64,000 bases of DNA from NCBI GenBank assembly GCA_017577365.2, contig PKRJ02000002.1, positions 5,921 to 69,920 of the forward strand. Direction: 5' to 3'. The notes under the pieces are model-generated. The model saw nothing but the letters and a program-made list of their open reading frames with translations, searched no databases and was not told the DNA's origin. Position numbers and translations under genes: made by a program. Shown here piece after piece: positions 10,476-21,218 of this stretch. Origin of the DNA: Gammaproteobacteria bacterium (GTDB lineage Bacteria; Pseudomonadota; Gammaproteobacteria; Steroidobacterales; Rariloculaceae). How positions within the stretch are numbered: position 1 is the stretch's first letter; every line of letters starts with the position of its first letter.

Positions 10476-10946
10476 TCAGAAGACGTGCAGGCTCAGCCAC
10501 TCGGCGATGAGCGCCGGCTTCTCCTCGCCCTCGATCTCGATCGTCACGCCGAGCTTCATCAGCACCTGCCCGGGCTTGCGCTCCGTGACGTCGAGTAGCT
10601 CCGCTCTGGCGCGAATCCGCTTGCCGACCCGCACCGGTGCCGGGAAACGGACCTTGTCGAAGCCGTAATTGAGGAGCAGGCGGACGCCGGCGAGCTTCGG
10701 CACCATGTCGATGCAGAGCGGCACGATCAGCGACAGCGTGAGCAGGCCGTGGGCGATCGTCCCCCCGAACGGCGTCGCGGCGGCGCGCGCCGGGTCCACG
10801 TGGATGAACTGGTGGTCCTCGGTGACGTCGGCGAACGCGTCGACCCGGCGCTGGTCGACGATCATCCAGTCGGATACGCCGAGCGGCTCGCCTACGAGCG
10901 ATTCGAGCTCGTCGCGGCCGATCTCGCGGGTTCGTTCGGAGCCCAT
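10476..10946 (-). CDS. MaoC family dehydratase (hot-dog fold)
   Basis: FADVTEDHQFIHVD, FGGTIAHG and NYGFDKVRFPAPV motifs. Confidence 0.9.
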   Translation of the reverse strand: MGSERTREIGRDELESLVGEPLGVSDWMIVDQRRVDAFADVTEDHQFIHVDPARAAATPFGGTIAHGLLTLSLIVPLCIDMVPKLAGVRLLLNYGFDKVRFPAPVRVGKRIRARAELLDVTERKPGQVLMKLGVTIEIEGEEKPALIAEWLSLHVF

Positions 10947-11116
10947 CGACGACTCTCCGGCGCTCTGGTTCCACGCTAGCGTAGCATGCGCCGGTGCACG
11001 AACGGTTTGCGTTTTTCGGTCCGGCATGGCGGAATAAGCGCCCCGCCTCTCGCCGCAGGCGGCTCGGCTCTGCAGGGATGCGTCGCCCGCCGATCGACCG
11101 CAATGGGAAATTTTCG

Positions 11117-12454
11117 ATGTCCGCCGCTCCGCGAATAGGGTTCGTCAGCCTCGGCTGCCCGAAGGCGCTCGTCGATTCCGAGCGGATACTGAGCAGGCTG
11201 CGCGCCGAAGGCTACGAGACGGCAGCCGACTACGCGGGCGCCGACGTCGTGGTCGTCAACACGTGCGGCTTCCTCGACAGCGCGCGCGAAGAGTCGCTCG
11301 ACGCGATCGGCGAGGCGCTCGCCGAGAACGGGCGCGTGATCGTCACGGGATGCCTCGGCGTGCACGCGGACCTGATCCGGGCGCGGCATCCCGGCGTGCT
11401 TGCGGTCACGGGACCGCACCGGTACGAGGAAGTGATCGCCGCGATCCACGACGCGTGTCCCCCGCCGCACGCGCCGTACGCCGACCTGATTCCGCCGCAG
11501 GGCATCCGCCTGACGCCCCGGCATTACGCGTACGTGAAGATCTCGGAAGGCTGCAATCACCGTTGCAGCTTCTGCATCATCCCGAGCCTGCGGGGCCCGC
11601 TCGTGAGCCGAACCGCAACCGATGTGCTCGAGGAAGCGGAGCGGCTCGTGCGCGCCGGTGTGCGCGAGCTGCTCGTAATCTCGCAGGACACGAGCGCCTA
11701 CGGCGTGGATCTGAAGTACGCGCCGTTCGAGTGGCGAGGCCGGAACCTCCGGACGCGCCTGACCGATCTCGCCGACGCCCTCGGCGAGCTCGGTGCGTGG
11801 GTGCGGCTCCACTACGTCTATCCGTATCCGCACGTCGACGAGCTGATACCGCTGATGGCCGAAGGCAAAGTGCTCCCGTATCTCGACATTCCGTTCCAGC
11901 ACGCGAGCCCGCGCATTCTGAAGGCGATGCGCCGTCCGGCGACGGACGAGAAGACGCTCGAGCGTATCCGCGCATGGCGCGACGCGGTGCCATCGCTGAC
12001 GCTGCGCTCGTCGTTCATCGTCGGCTTTCCCGGCGAGACCGGGGCCGATTTCGAGTATCTCCTCGAGTGGCTCGACGAGGCGGAGCTCGATCGCGTCGGC
12101 TGCTTCCGCTACGAGGCCGTGGACGGCGCGGCATCGAACGCGCTGCCCGACCCGGTCCCCGCGCCCGTCATCGAGGAGCGGTGGCATCGCTTGATGGCTG
12201 CGCAACAGGCCATCAGCGCCCGCCGGCTCGCGCGTCTCGTCGGCACGCGGATCGAAGCGATCGTCGACCGCGTCGAAGAGGACCGCATCGTTGCGCGCTC
12301 GAAAGGCGACGCGCCCGAGATCGACGGCAACGTGTACCTGCCGCGGATCGACGGGATCCGACCCGGTGCGATCGTCGAAGTCGAGGTCGAAGACTCGGAC
12401 GAGTACGACCTCTACGCTTCGCCGGTCCTCGACGACGTGAGGGTTGCGTCATGA
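11117..12454 (+). CDS. rimO: Ribosomal protein S12 methylthiotransferase
   Basis: [18 protein letters not shown], radical-SAM [10 protein letters not shown] and a TRAM domain (DAPEIDG). Confidence 0.96.
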   Translation: MSAAPRIGFVSLGCPKALVDSERILSRLRAEGYETAADYAGADVVVVNTCGFLDSAREESLDAIGEALAENGRVIVTGCLGVHADLIRARHPGVLAVTGPHRYEEVIAAIHDACPPPHAPYADLIPPQGIRLTPRHYAYVKISEGCNHRCSFCIIPSLRGPLVSRTATDVLEEAERLVRAGVRELLVISQDTSAYGVDLKYAPFEWRGRNLRTRLTDLADALGELGAWVRLHYVYPYPHVDELIPLMAEGKVLPYLDIPFQHASPRILKAMRRPATDEKTLERIRAWRDAVPSLTLRSSFIVGFPGETGADFEYLLEWLDEAELDRVGCFRYEAVDGAASNALPDPVPAPVIEERWHRLMAAQQAISARRLARLVGTRIEAIVDRVEEDRIVARSKGDAPEIDGNVYLPRIDGIRPGAIVEVEVEDSDEYDLYASPVLDDVRVAS

Positions 12455-13680
12455 CCGTTCTCGTTCGCCCGTTCCGCGCGCTTCGACCGCGCCCCGAGCA
12501 CGCTTCCTCCGTCGCCGCGCCGCCGTACGACGTCGTCGATACGGACGAGGCACGCGCGCTCGCCGAAGGGAAACCGTTCTCCTTCCTGCACGTCTCGCGG
12601 CCCGAGATCGATTTGCCGCCCGGGACCGATCCGTATTCGGATGCCGTCTATTCGAAGGGCGCGGAAAATCTCGCGCGCCTGATCGAGTCCGGCGTGCTCG
12701 TGCGCGACGAGACGCCGTCGTTCTACGTCTACCGGATGGCGCTCGACGGTCACGTGCAGACCGGCGTCGCCTGCGTCGCGTCGGTTCGCGCGTACGAGGA
12801 GAATCGCATCCGCAAGCACGAGCTGACGCGGCCCGACAAAGAGAACGACCGGGTGCGTCATATCGACGCGCTGAACGCGCAGACCGGCCCGGTGCTGCTC
12901 GCGTATCGATCCACCGACCGCCTTCGCGAGCGGCTGGCCGAGCTTTCGGGCGGCGCGCCTTCGATCGATGCCGACGGCCCGCAGAACGTTCGGCACTCGC
13001 TGTGGCGGGTCTCGGATCCGGCCGTCGTCGCCGAGCTCGAGCGCGAGCTGAATGCCCTCGGCCGCTTGTACATCGCCGATGGGCATCATCGCTCCGCGGC
13101 CGCGGCGCGCGTGGCACGCGCCCGCAGGTCCGGCGATCCGCACGCGAGCCACGAATATTTCCTCGCCGTCGCGTTCCCGCACGACGAGATGCGGATCCTC
13201 GACTACAACCGCGTGATCGCCGATCTGAACGGCATGACGGTCGCCGAGCTCATCGAGCGGCTCGGTGCTCATTTCCAAGTGCGCGTCGCCGAGAAGGCGG
13301 CCAAGCCCTCGGCGCGGCGCACGTTCGGCATGTATCTCGACGGAACGTGGTACTCGCTCGCGCTCAAGTCGGGCGCGTTACCCGCCGATCCCGTCGGCCG
13401 GCTCGACGTGAGCCTCTTGCAGGCGCGCGTGATCGGCCCGCTGCTCGGCATCGACGATCCGCGCACCGACGCCCGGATCGCGTTCGTCGGCGGCGTGCGC
13501 GGGCTCGAGGAGCTCGAGCGTCTCGTCGACTCGCGACGCGCCGCCGTCGCGTTCGCGCTCCATCCGACGAGCATGGAGGAGCTCATGGACGTGGCCGATG
13601 CCGAGCTGCTGATGCCGCCGAAATCGACCTGGTTCGAGCCGAAGCTCGCCGACGGGCTGCTGTCGCACGTGCTCGATTGA
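12451..13680 (+). CDS. DUF1015 family protein
   Basis: [28 protein letters not shown] and [12 protein letters not shown] motifs; ATGA overlap with rimO. Confidence 0.9.
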   Translation: MTVLVRPFRALRPRPEHASSVAAPPYDVVDTDEARALAEGKPFSFLHVSRPEIDLPPGTDPYSDAVYSKGAENLARLIESGVLVRDETPSFYVYRMALDGHVQTGVACVASVRAYEENRIRKHELTRPDKENDRVRHIDALNAQTGPVLLAYRSTDRLRERLAELSGGAPSIDADGPQNVRHSLWRVSDPAVVAELERELNALGRLYIADGHHRSAAAARVARARRSGDPHASHEYFLAVAFPHDEMRILDYNRVIADLNGMTVAELIERLGAHFQVRVAEKAAKPSARRTFGMYLDGTWYSLALKSGALPADPVGRLDVSLLQARVIGPLLGIDDPRTDARIAFVGGVRGLEELERLVDSRRAAVAFALHPTSMEELMDVADAELLMPPKSTWFEPKLADGLLSHVLD

Positions 13681-13753
13681 TGCGGCGCGGCGCGGCGTCT
13701 CGTGGCCGCTGACGGCCGCTCGCGCACGACGCGCTCGACGCTCGCCCCGGGCG

Positions 13754-13769
13754 TGGCGCCGATCTTGCA
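13754..13769 (+). promoter_or_regulatory. sigma54 promoter upstream of the YohP-like gene
   Basis: TGGCGC-CGATC-TTGCA, 33 bp before ATG 13803. Confidence 0.7.
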
Positions 13770-13802
13770 TGACTCCGTGCCCGAGCTCCGTAAGGACCCG
13801 CT

Positions 13803-13889
13803 ATGTTGAAGTTCCTTGGCGGTACGATCGGCGTCATCTTCTTGATCGGGTTGCTCGTCGTCATCGGTATCCTCGCACTGATCTTTTGA
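13803..13889 (+). CDS. yohP: 28-aa single-helix membrane protein, YohP-like
   Basis: Manual translation MLKFLGGTIGVIFLIGLLVVIGILALIF with an AAGGA RBS. The core IFLIGLLVV-x-G...IF matches E. coli YohP as I recall it. Confidence 0.75.
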   Translation: MLKFLGGTIGVIFLIGLLVVIGILALIF

Positions 13890-13921
13890 GCGCCTCTGGA
13901 ACGCGAGCGCGGGCCTTGCCG

Positions 13922-14902
13922 ATGGTCTCCCGCAACTTTCGCGTCATCCTTCAGCTCGCGGTGAGCCTCGGGCTGCTGGCGCTGCTCGTCTCCCAGGTCG
14001 ACTGGTCGAGGAGCGTGCCGTTGCTCGCGCGGGCGAACCCGTGGTTGGTGCTCGCGTTGCTCGTGATCTACGCGGCCGATCGCGTGCTGATGGCGTTGAA
14101 GTGGCGGCAGCTGCTTCGCGTGCTCGATCCGCGCTTGGGCAAGCTCGGCGCGGTGCGCGTCTACTACGAGAGCACGTTCGTCGGCTTCGCGATGCCGCTC
14201 GGCGGGCTCGGGCCCGACATCGTGCGTTACGTTCGACTCACGAGGCTCGGCATCGCGCCGCACGTGACCCTGGTGTCGATGGGCATGGAGAGGCTCGTCG
14301 GTTTCGTCGCGACGATCCTGCTCGCCGCCGTCGGTCTCGCCGTCCTGTCCGCGCTGGTCTCCGGCTCGACGCTGGGCGATTTCGCGGCGGCCGCGTCGGC
14401 GTGCGCGCTCGCCGCGACGTCGCTCGCGGCGGTTGCGCTGTTTCATCCGCGCGCGATCGACGTCGGCGAACGGCTCATCGCACGTTCTCGGCGCATCGCC
14501 CATCGCGCGAAGAATTACGTGGACGCCGCTCGCGCGTTCGCGTCGCGCCGTCGGCTGCTCGTTCTGAATCTCGGGCTCTCGATGCTCGAGCAGACCACGC
14601 CCGTGTGGACGTACTGGATCGGCTCGAGGGCGCTCGAGACGCCGTTCTCGCTCGCCGCGTGCCTCGCCGTCGCGCCGGTCACGATCGTGATCCAACGGCT
14701 GCCGCTCTCCTACGGCGGCCTCGGGCTGCGCGAAGGCAGCGCGGCGGCGCTGCTCGTCGCGCTCGGCTACGACTACTCCGAGGTGCTGATCGTGCTGATG
14801 ATGCTCTTCGTCGTCTTCATCGTGTCGTTGCTGCCGGGCGCCGTGATCTTCAAGCGCAGCCCTCGGCTCGCCGAAGCGCCTACCCCTCGGGCCGCGCGCT
14901 GA
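13922..14902 (+). CDS. Lysylphosphatidylglycerol-synthase TM domain (UPF0104) flippase-like membrane protein
   Basis: Multi-pass protein with LKWRQLL, PLGGLGPD and LPLSYGGLGLRE motifs. Confidence 0.8.
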   Translation: MVSRNFRVILQLAVSLGLLALLVSQVDWSRSVPLLARANPWLVLALLVIYAADRVLMALKWRQLLRVLDPRLGKLGAVRVYYESTFVGFAMPLGGLGPDIVRYVRLTRLGIAPHVTLVSMGMERLVGFVATILLAAVGLAVLSALVSGSTLGDFAAAASACALAATSLAAVALFHPRAIDVGERLIARSRRIAHRAKNYVDAARAFASRRRLLVLNLGLSMLEQTTPVWTYWIGSRALETPFSLAACLAVAPVTIVIQRLPLSYGGLGLREGSAAALLVALGYDYSEVLIVLMMLFVVFIVSLLPGAVIFKRSPRLAEAPTPRAAR

Positions 14903-16022
14903 GGCGGCGAGAACGCTCGCGCGCGCCGCTCGAGAGCAGCGGCCGAACGAGCCGCCAGTACGCGGCGAACGTCGCGCTCAGCGTGGCGACGGCCCGGGCC
15001 GCGACGTCGAAGCCGTGCGCATGCTCGGGCCGGACGTACATCGGTCCCGCGAACAGCACGTCCCTATCCGGCACGACGCGCAGCGCTTGAACCTCGCGCC
15101 GCCTCTTCACGATGGACGGTAAAGCCAAGATTGCATCGAGCGTCCCGGCCACGTACAGATGCGGCATGCCTTTCAGCATCAGGAACGTCGCTTGCACGAT
15201 CTCGTAGAGCACGAGCGCCGGAAGGATCAGCAGCAGCGTGCGCGCCTCGTAGTGCGTCAGTAGGTAGCGCCACCGGTTACCGACCTGACCGCGCGCTCGA
15301 TACGCGCGCGTGCCGTCGAACGGCTTGTACTCGTGCAGACAGACGGCGGTCGGCACGTACAGGCACTCGTAACCCGCGAGCAGAAGCCTCTGGTGCAGCT
15401 CCACGTCGTCGCCCCACGCGAGCCGGTAGCCCTCGTCGAAGCCGCCCACCTCGGAAAGCTTGCGGCGATCGAGCAGAACGATGCCGCCGCCGATCGCCGG
15501 CCTCGGCTCGGTACGCCCGTCGAACGGCTCGTGCCGATTCGGCGCGATCGTCGCGCCGGCGTAATGAATGCGACCGCCGGCCATGTAAACGGTATCGGGC
15601 GTTTGCGCGTACATCATTCTCGGCAGACAAAGCGCGACGCGACGATCCGCGTCCATCGCACGCACCAGCTCCGCGATGCAATCGGTCTCGAATACGACGT
15701 CGTTATCCGTGACCAGGATCTTGTCGGCCGTCGCTCGAGCGAGCCCGATATTCCGCAGCCTGTTAACCTCCTTCGTATTGCGCGGCTCGCGATGAATTTC
15801 GACGGCGGGATATTGCCGAGCGATCGCGTCCGGGCTGCCGTCCGTCGAGCCGTCGTCGACAACGATCACGGACACCGCGACGCCGCGCTGACGAAAGAGC
15901 GAATCGAGCGTGTCGAGCACCGTCCTCGCGCCGTTGTAATTCACGACCACGACCGCAATCGTCCCGGGCCGTCGCTCATCGGCAACGCGTTGCACCGGCG
16001 GTTCGGCTTCCGAAGGATTCAT
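14880..16022 (-). CDS. Glycosyltransferase family 2
   Basis: VVVVNYNG, VVDDGSTDGS, TDND and GGFDE motifs. Confidence 0.9.
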   Translation of the reverse strand: MNPSEAEPPVQRVADERRPGTIAVVVVNYNGARTVLDTLDSLFRQRGVAVSVIVVDDGSTDGSPDAIARQYPAVEIHREPRNTKEVNRLRNIGLARATADKILVTDNDVVFETDCIAELVRAMDADRRVALCLPRMMYAQTPDTVYMAGGRIHYAGATIAPNRHEPFDGRTEPRPAIGGGIVLLDRRKLSEVGGFDEGYRLAWGDDVELHQRLLLAGYECLYVPTAVCLHEYKPFDGTRAYRARGQVGNRWRYLLTHYEARTLLLILPALVLYEIVQATFLMLKGMPHLYVAGTLDAILALPSIVKRRREVQALRVVPDRDVLFAGPMYVRPEHAHGFDVAARAVATLSATFAAYWRLVRPLLSSGARERSRRLSARPEG

Positions 16023-16055
16023 AGGCGGACCCGCTCTTCAGGCGTGGCCGGGCAA

Positions 16056-16071
16056 TGCAAGGCACATGCCA
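16056..16071 (-). promoter_or_regulatory. sigma54 promoter of the GT2 gene
   Basis: The minus strand reads TGGCAT-GTGCC-TTGCA, 33 bp upstream of ATG 16022. Confidence 0.7.
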
Positions 16072-16151
16072 TCTGGCCCGAAACTTGAATGAGTCGCCCC
16101 GCGCGGCCCACGAGCGAGGGATCGGCTCGCAGCGTGTTGGAGGACGATGAC

Positions 16152-17144
16152 TTGAACAGGAAGGTTCTCGTCACAGGAGCGACGGGCTTTATCGGGCAAG
16201 CGCTGACTCGAAAGCTCCTCCAGCGGGGCGAGGACGTGCGAGTCCTTGTCCGCGATCCGGCAAAGCTCGCGGCGCTCGACTTCCCCCCTCTCGATGCGGT
16301 CTTCGGTGATATCACCGACCCCGAAACGGTCGATCGAGCGACGCGCGGCGTCGATCTGGTCTATGCGATCGCGGGCACGTTCCGAGAGCCGGGTCTCTCC
16401 GACGCCCGATATCGCGAGGTCAACGTCGAATCGGTGCGGATGATGCACGACGCGGCAAGACGTAACGGCGTTCGACGCATCGTGCACTGCAGCACGTGCG
16501 GTATCCACGGCAGCATCAACGGATCTCCGGCCGACGAGACGCATCCGGTCAGGCCCGTCGGCATCTACGAGCAAACGAAGGCGGACGGCGAGCGCCTCGC
16601 GCTCGAGCTCGGCGCTCGGAACGGCGTCGAGGTCACGGTCCTACGGCCGACGCCGGTTTACGGGCCGGGCGATACGCGTCTGCTGAAGCTATTCAAGCTC
16701 GCGAGTCGCCGGCCGATGATCACGATCGGCGACGGCAAGGTCGGCTATCATCTCGTCTACATCGAGGATTTGACCGACGCCTTCATCCTCGCGGCTTCGG
16801 AGCCCGGCGCGGCCGGAGAAGCGTTCCTGATCGGCGGCCCCGATATCCCGTCTCTGAACGAGATCTTCGAGCTGGTGGCGTCGTTGGCCGGCAACGGCGG
16901 AAAACCCGGCGTCGTGCGGCTGCCCGCGCGGCCGATCTGGCTCGCCGGGTGGCTTTGCGAGGCGATGTGCCGGCCGCTCGGCGTCGATCCGCCGATTCAC
17001 CGGCGCCGGGTCGAGTTCTTCACGAACAATCGCGCCTACCGAATCGACAAGGCCCGCGCCCTGCTCGGCTACTCGCCGAAGGTCGGCGTCGAAGACGGCC
17101 TGCGCCGCACCGCGGAGTGGTATCGGAGCCAGGGATTGCTCTGA
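16152..17144 (+). CDS. NAD-dependent epimerase/dehydratase (extended SDR)
   Basis: VTGATGFIG, YEQTK (YxxxK) and VYGPGD motifs. TTG start chosen after GGAGGA; the alternative is ATG 16089. Confidence 0.88.
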   Translation: MNRKVLVTGATGFIGQALTRKLLQRGEDVRVLVRDPAKLAALDFPPLDAVFGDITDPETVDRATRGVDLVYAIAGTFREPGLSDARYREVNVESVRMMHDAARRNGVRRIVHCSTCGIHGSINGSPADETHPVRPVGIYEQTKADGERLALELGARNGVEVTVLRPTPVYGPGDTRLLKLFKLASRRPMITIGDGKVGYHLVYIEDLTDAFILAASEPGAAGEAFLIGGPDIPSLNEIFELVASLAGNGGKPGVVRLPARPIWLAGWLCEAMCRPLGVDPPIHRRRVEFFTNNRAYRIDKARALLGYSPKVGVEDGLRRTAEWYRSQGLL

Positions 17145-17160
17145 CTCCCGCGCGGAGCCG

Positions 17161-18522
17161 TCACGGACCGGCTCCGGCCGTCACGCCGCCGACCGGCTTC
17201 GGGCCGCCCCGTTGCGGGGCACGCGCCGGCGCACGCCGCAGAGCGCGATGCTCGCGCCGCAAGAGATGCGCGCGCCGCGCGACGAATCCCGCGTAGAACA
17301 TCAGCGGGAACATGATCTCGTTCATCGCGAGCACCGCGTGATACAGGAAGGACATCGCGAAAAGAACCACGATCGCGCCCCAGCATTGACCGATCGCGGC
17401 ATGCGAGCCGCCGGCCTTCGCGAGCGTCACCGCGTCGCGCAGCATCGCGAACAGCAACAGACCGTAGACGGCGACGCCGGCGAACCCCATGTTCCATAGC
17501 AGCATCGTGACCTGCGTGAACCACACCCGATACTTCTCGTAGTAGTGCGCGTACTCGCCCTCGAAGCCAGGCAGCATCGCGGGTGAGACGTTTCCGATAC
17601 CGAGGCCGAACACCGCGCGGAGGGGCGTTTGCGAGATCGTGCGCACGGCGATCTGCATACTGTCGAAGCGGCCGACGCGCGGGTCGCCTTCGACGGCGCC
17701 GCGGTACATGTAATCCTGCACGCGCCCTTCGAGCCAGAAGTCCTCGAGCGTCGTTCCCGATGCTCGGTTCTGGATCAGGTAGTCGTAAGTCGCGACGAAA
17801 CCCGCGCCGCAGATCGTGAAGATCGCGACGATCGGCACGAGGCGCCGCAGCGGCTGCTCGGACCTTCGCATCAGGAGAATGGGCGCGAACATCGCGACGG
17901 GCAGCATCACGATGGTCGCCTTCGTCTCGTTCACCGCGGTCGGCACGAGCATCAGCCCCGTGCAGGTCAGATAGGGCAGCAGCGACAGCTTCCTGCGCAG
18001 GTACAGCACTGTCAGCAGCGTGATGCCCGATATCATGACCACGCTCAAGACGCCCGAGTTCGTCACCGTGCCGGTCACGACGTCTCCGGTGTGCATCTTG
18101 TGCGCGAACTGCCAGAACCGCTGATAGACCGCGAGAGGGATCTGAATCGCGAGAAGCGCGATCAGCACGACGAGCTGGCTGCGGATCTCCCGCCCTTTGA
18201 ACGGATAGACGGCGCCGAGCAGCAGCAGCGGCAGCGCCGGCAGATAGGTGCGGAGACCGGACACGACAGGACCCGCGGGCACGCCCTCGACGACGGCGCC
18301 CATCGCCATCGTCATCAGCAGCGCGACGATGAATACGATGTACTTGCCGTCGAGCTCGAGCCGCTTGCCGACGATCAGCCGCGCGATCACTACGAGCAGC
18401 ACGATACCGCTCAAGAGCTCCGGCAGCACGACGAAATAGACGCTGACGACGTTCAGCTTCTTCGCGAAGAACGCCGCGAGGAAGCACGAGAGAAACGTCA
18501 CGATGACGAGCGCGTTGATCAT
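17161..18522 (-). CDS. Polysaccharide polymerase / O-antigen ligase-like membrane protein
   Basis: About 10 hydrophobic segments, a late periplasmic loop and FGLGIGN; coupled to the upstream GT4. Confidence 0.6.
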   Translation of the reverse strand: MINALVIVTFLSCFLAAFFAKKLNVVSVYFVVLPELLSGIVLLVVIARLIVGKRLELDGKYIVFIVALLMTMAMGAVVEGVPAGPVVSGLRTYLPALPLLLLGAVYPFKGREIRSQLVVLIALLAIQIPLAVYQRFWQFAHKMHTGDVVTGTVTNSGVLSVVMISGITLLTVLYLRRKLSLLPYLTCTGLMLVPTAVNETKATIVMLPVAMFAPILLMRRSEQPLRRLVPIVAIFTICGAGFVATYDYLIQNRASGTTLEDFWLEGRVQDYMYRGAVEGDPRVGRFDSMQIAVRTISQTPLRAVFGLGIGNVSPAMLPGFEGEYAHYYEKYRVWFTQVTMLLWNMGFAGVAVYGLLLFAMLRDAVTLAKAGGSHAAIGQCWGAIVVLFAMSFLYHAVLAMNEIMFPLMFYAGFVARRAHLLRREHRALRRAPARAPQRGGPKPVGGVTAGAGP

Positions 18523-19760
18523 CGCTCGGCCTCCGGCTCCCCGAACAGCCGAGCGTAAACCTCGAGCAGCTTCGGCGCTTGGTGGTCCCACGACAGCTCT
18601 CGCTCGATCCGCGCCCGTCCTATGCGCCCCATTTCCGCGCGCTTCTCGGGATCGTCGAGCAGCTCGATGAGCTTCTCCGCGAAGCTTCGCGGATCGTTCG
18701 GCCGCGCGTACAGCGCCGCGCCGGCCGCGGAGACGCGGCCCTCGGTCGTATCGAACTGCACGACCGGCTTGCCGAGCGCCATGTACTCCATGATCTTGTT
18801 CATCGTCGACTTGTCGTTCATCTCGTTGACGACGTCGGGATTCACGCAGACGTCCGCGGTGTTCAACACCTCGAGAAGCTCCTCGTCCGAAAGACGTCCG
18901 GTGAACGTCACGTCGCCGTCGAGCTCGAGCGCGTGCGCGAGCCGCTTCAGGTTCTCGAGCTCCGTGCCGCCGCCGACGAGCGTGAAATGCACGTCGTCGC
19001 GCCCGGCGTCGCGCACGACGTGTCTCGCCGCGCGAAGGAGCATATCCACCCCTTCCTGCTTGCCGATCACCCCGACGTAGCCGACGAGGTGACGCTTGCC
19101 GAACCGCCATTTGGGCACCGGCGGCCCGACGCGCATCCTCTCGAGCGAGGGGCCGCTCCTGACCACCGCGACCTCCGCCGGGCTCTTGCCGCCGCGCTCG
19201 ACGGCGATGCGGCGATACGAGTCGTTCGTCGCGATGGCCCGGTCCGCGACACGGTACGTCGACCGCTCGAGCGCGAGCAGGAGCCGGTAGAACACGTCCC
19301 GCTTGCCGAACTTCGCCTCGTAAAGCTCCGGATTGATGTCGTGGTGGTCGAACACGAATTTCTTGCCGAAAAGCTTGAACGGCAGCGCCACGAGGAAGAT
19401 CAGATCCGGCGGATTGCACGCGTGGATGACGTCGACGCCGCGCGTCAACGCGACGCGCACGGCGAGCACCAGCTCGAAGAACAGAGCGACGGCGTACTCG
19501 GCCGCGTAGCCGAGCGGGCCGTCGGCCTCGACAGGCAGCGGATGCCTATACACGTGCACGCCTTCGAGCACCTCGTAGCTCTTCCTGTAGTCGCCCCGCT
19601 TCGGGGATATCACCGACACGTCGTAGCCGGCCGCCTGGAGCGTCGTCGCCTCCTGCCAGACGCGGCGATCGAAGGGAACGGGCAGATTCTCGACGATGAT
19701 CAGCACGCGGCGCCGGCGGCGATTTACCAGCAGATGCCCTGATAGTCCATCCGATCGCAT
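18519..19760 (-). CDS. Glycosyltransferase family 4
   Basis: IIVENLPVPFDRRVWQE, HACNPPD and KIMEYMALGKPVV motifs. Confidence 0.9.
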   Translation of the reverse strand: MRSDGLSGHLLVNRRRRRVLIIVENLPVPFDRRVWQEATTLQAAGYDVSVISPKRGDYRKSYEVLEGVHVYRHPLPVEADGPLGYAAEYAVALFFELVLAVRVALTRGVDVIHACNPPDLIFLVALPFKLFGKKFVFDHHDINPELYEAKFGKRDVFYRLLLALERSTYRVADRAIATNDSYRRIAVERGGKSPAEVAVVRSGPSLERMRVGPPVPKWRFGKRHLVGYVGVIGKQEGVDMLLRAARHVVRDAGRDDVHFTLVGGGTELENLKRLAHALELDGDVTFTGRLSDEELLEVLNTADVCVNPDVVNEMNDKSTMNKIMEYMALGKPVVQFDTTEGRVSAAGAALYARPNDPRSFAEKLIELLDDPEKRAEMGRIGRARIERELSWDHQAPKLLEVYARLFGEPEAER

Positions 19761-21043
19761 AGCTCCGCGCCGATCCTTGCGCGCACCAGATCCAGAATCA
19801 TCGTCCCTTGCGGCACGTTGCGCACGAGCTCGGAGAACTCGGGCTCCGCCGTGCCGATCACCAGAATCTGCGAGTCTTCGATCAAGCGATTCGGGTCATC
19901 GACCATCAACCTCTCGATATGCGGAATATGTCGAAGGATGTAATCGCGATTCGCGCCGATCAGCTTCGCCAAGCTGACGTTGCGGTCGTAGATCGCGACC
20001 TCGTATCCCTTGCCGATGAGGCGCTCGATCAGTCCGACGAGCGGGCTTTCGCGCAGATCGTCCGTGCCCGCCTTGAAGCTCAGCCCCAGCACGCCGACGC
20101 GGCACCGCCCGTGCCGTTGCAGCATGTCGAAGGCCCGGGCGATCTGCAGCTCGTTGCTCGGAAGAATCGACGAAAGCACCGGCGTCTCGAGGTCGTGGGA
20201 GCGCGCGTAGTACGTCAACGCTCGGACGTCCTTCGGCAGGCACGATCCGCCGAACGCGAAGCCGGGCTTGAGGTAACAGGGGGAAAGATTCAGCTTCGTA
20301 TCGCGGCAGAAGATGTCCATCACGGCGTGACTATCCACGCCGCAGCTCTTGCTGATGTTGCCGATCTCGTTGGCGAACGCGATCTTGAGCGCGTGCCACG
20401 CGTTGTCGACGTATTTCACCATCTCGGCGGTCGCGAGATCGGTGCGGAACTTCGGTCCGGGGAGGGGGGCGTAGAGGCGCTCGAGCACGTCGCCGCTTCG
20501 CTCGTCGAGCTCGCCGATCACGGTCTTCGGCGGATCCTCGTAGTCTTTGACCGCGCTGCCTTCCCGCAAGAACTCGGGATTGAAGCACACGCCGAAGTCG
20601 ACGCCGGCCGTCTTGCCCGAGGCGGCTTCGAGCGCCGGGATCACCGTCTCGCGCATGGAGCCCGGCAGCATCGTGCTGCGAATCGCCACGAGATGCCATC
20701 CGGAGACTTCCGCGAGCGCCGCGCCTATATCGCGGCAGACGCGGTCCACGAACTCGAGGCTCAAGCTGCCGTTGCCGTTGCCGGGCGTGCCGACGCAGAC
20801 GAACGACAACTCCGTCTCCGCAACCGCCTCCGTCGCGTCCACGGTCGCGCGCAGCGCACCCGTGCGCACCGCGTCGCCGATCATCTCCGCGAGGCCGGCT
20901 TCGACGATCGGGCTCGCGCCGTCGTTGACGAGCTCGACCTTGATACGGTTCGTGTCGACGCCGATGACGCGATGCCCGTCGCGGGCGAGGCATGCCGCCG
21001 ACACGATTCCGACGTATCCCAATCCGAACACCGCGATTCTCAT
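19724..21043 (-). CDS. algD: GDP-mannose 6-dehydrogenase (UDP-glucose/GDP-mannose dehydrogenase family)
   Basis: FGLGYVG, FNPEFLREG, KPGFAFGGSCLPKD, DDLRESP and an AlgD-like C-terminus GICW. Confidence 0.85.
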   Translation of the reverse strand: MRIAVFGLGYVGIVSAACLARDGHRVIGVDTNRIKVELVNDGASPIVEAGLAEMIGDAVRTGALRATVDATEAVAETELSFVCVGTPGNGNGSLSLEFVDRVCRDIGAALAEVSGWHLVAIRSTMLPGSMRETVIPALEAASGKTAGVDFGVCFNPEFLREGSAVKDYEDPPKTVIGELDERSGDVLERLYAPLPGPKFRTDLATAEMVKYVDNAWHALKIAFANEIGNISKSCGVDSHAVMDIFCRDTKLNLSPCYLKPGFAFGGSCLPKDVRALTYYARSHDLETPVLSSILPSNELQIARAFDMLQRHGRCRVGVLGLSFKAGTDDLRESPLVGLIERLIGKGYEVAIYDRNVSLAKLIGANRDYILRHIPHIERLMVDDPNRLIEDSQILVIGTAEPEFSELVRNVPQGTMILDLVRARIGAELCDRMDYQGICW

Positions 21044-21218
21044 CCGGGCTCCCCGCATCCGCGATGCACGACGTTGCGTCGCGCTCGTTCACGAGTTCGC
21101 CGCAGTTGCCGCTGCCGCAACTTGCGTGTCAGGATGCTTGGGTGTTGCAACCACAACCGCACAAATCGCCCGTTCCTCACGTCCGTGGGCGAACGCCGAC
21201 TTCGCCGGTCGATCGCCG

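Noticed and set aside
19724-21043. Alginate biosynthesis operon
   Set aside because: Only algD is present; alg8/44/K/E/G/X are absent and the context is Wzx/Wzy-type.
21116-21131. sigma54-like TGACAC-GCAAG-TTGCG on the minus strand upstream of algD
   Set aside because: It lacks the invariant GG at -24, so it was not called.
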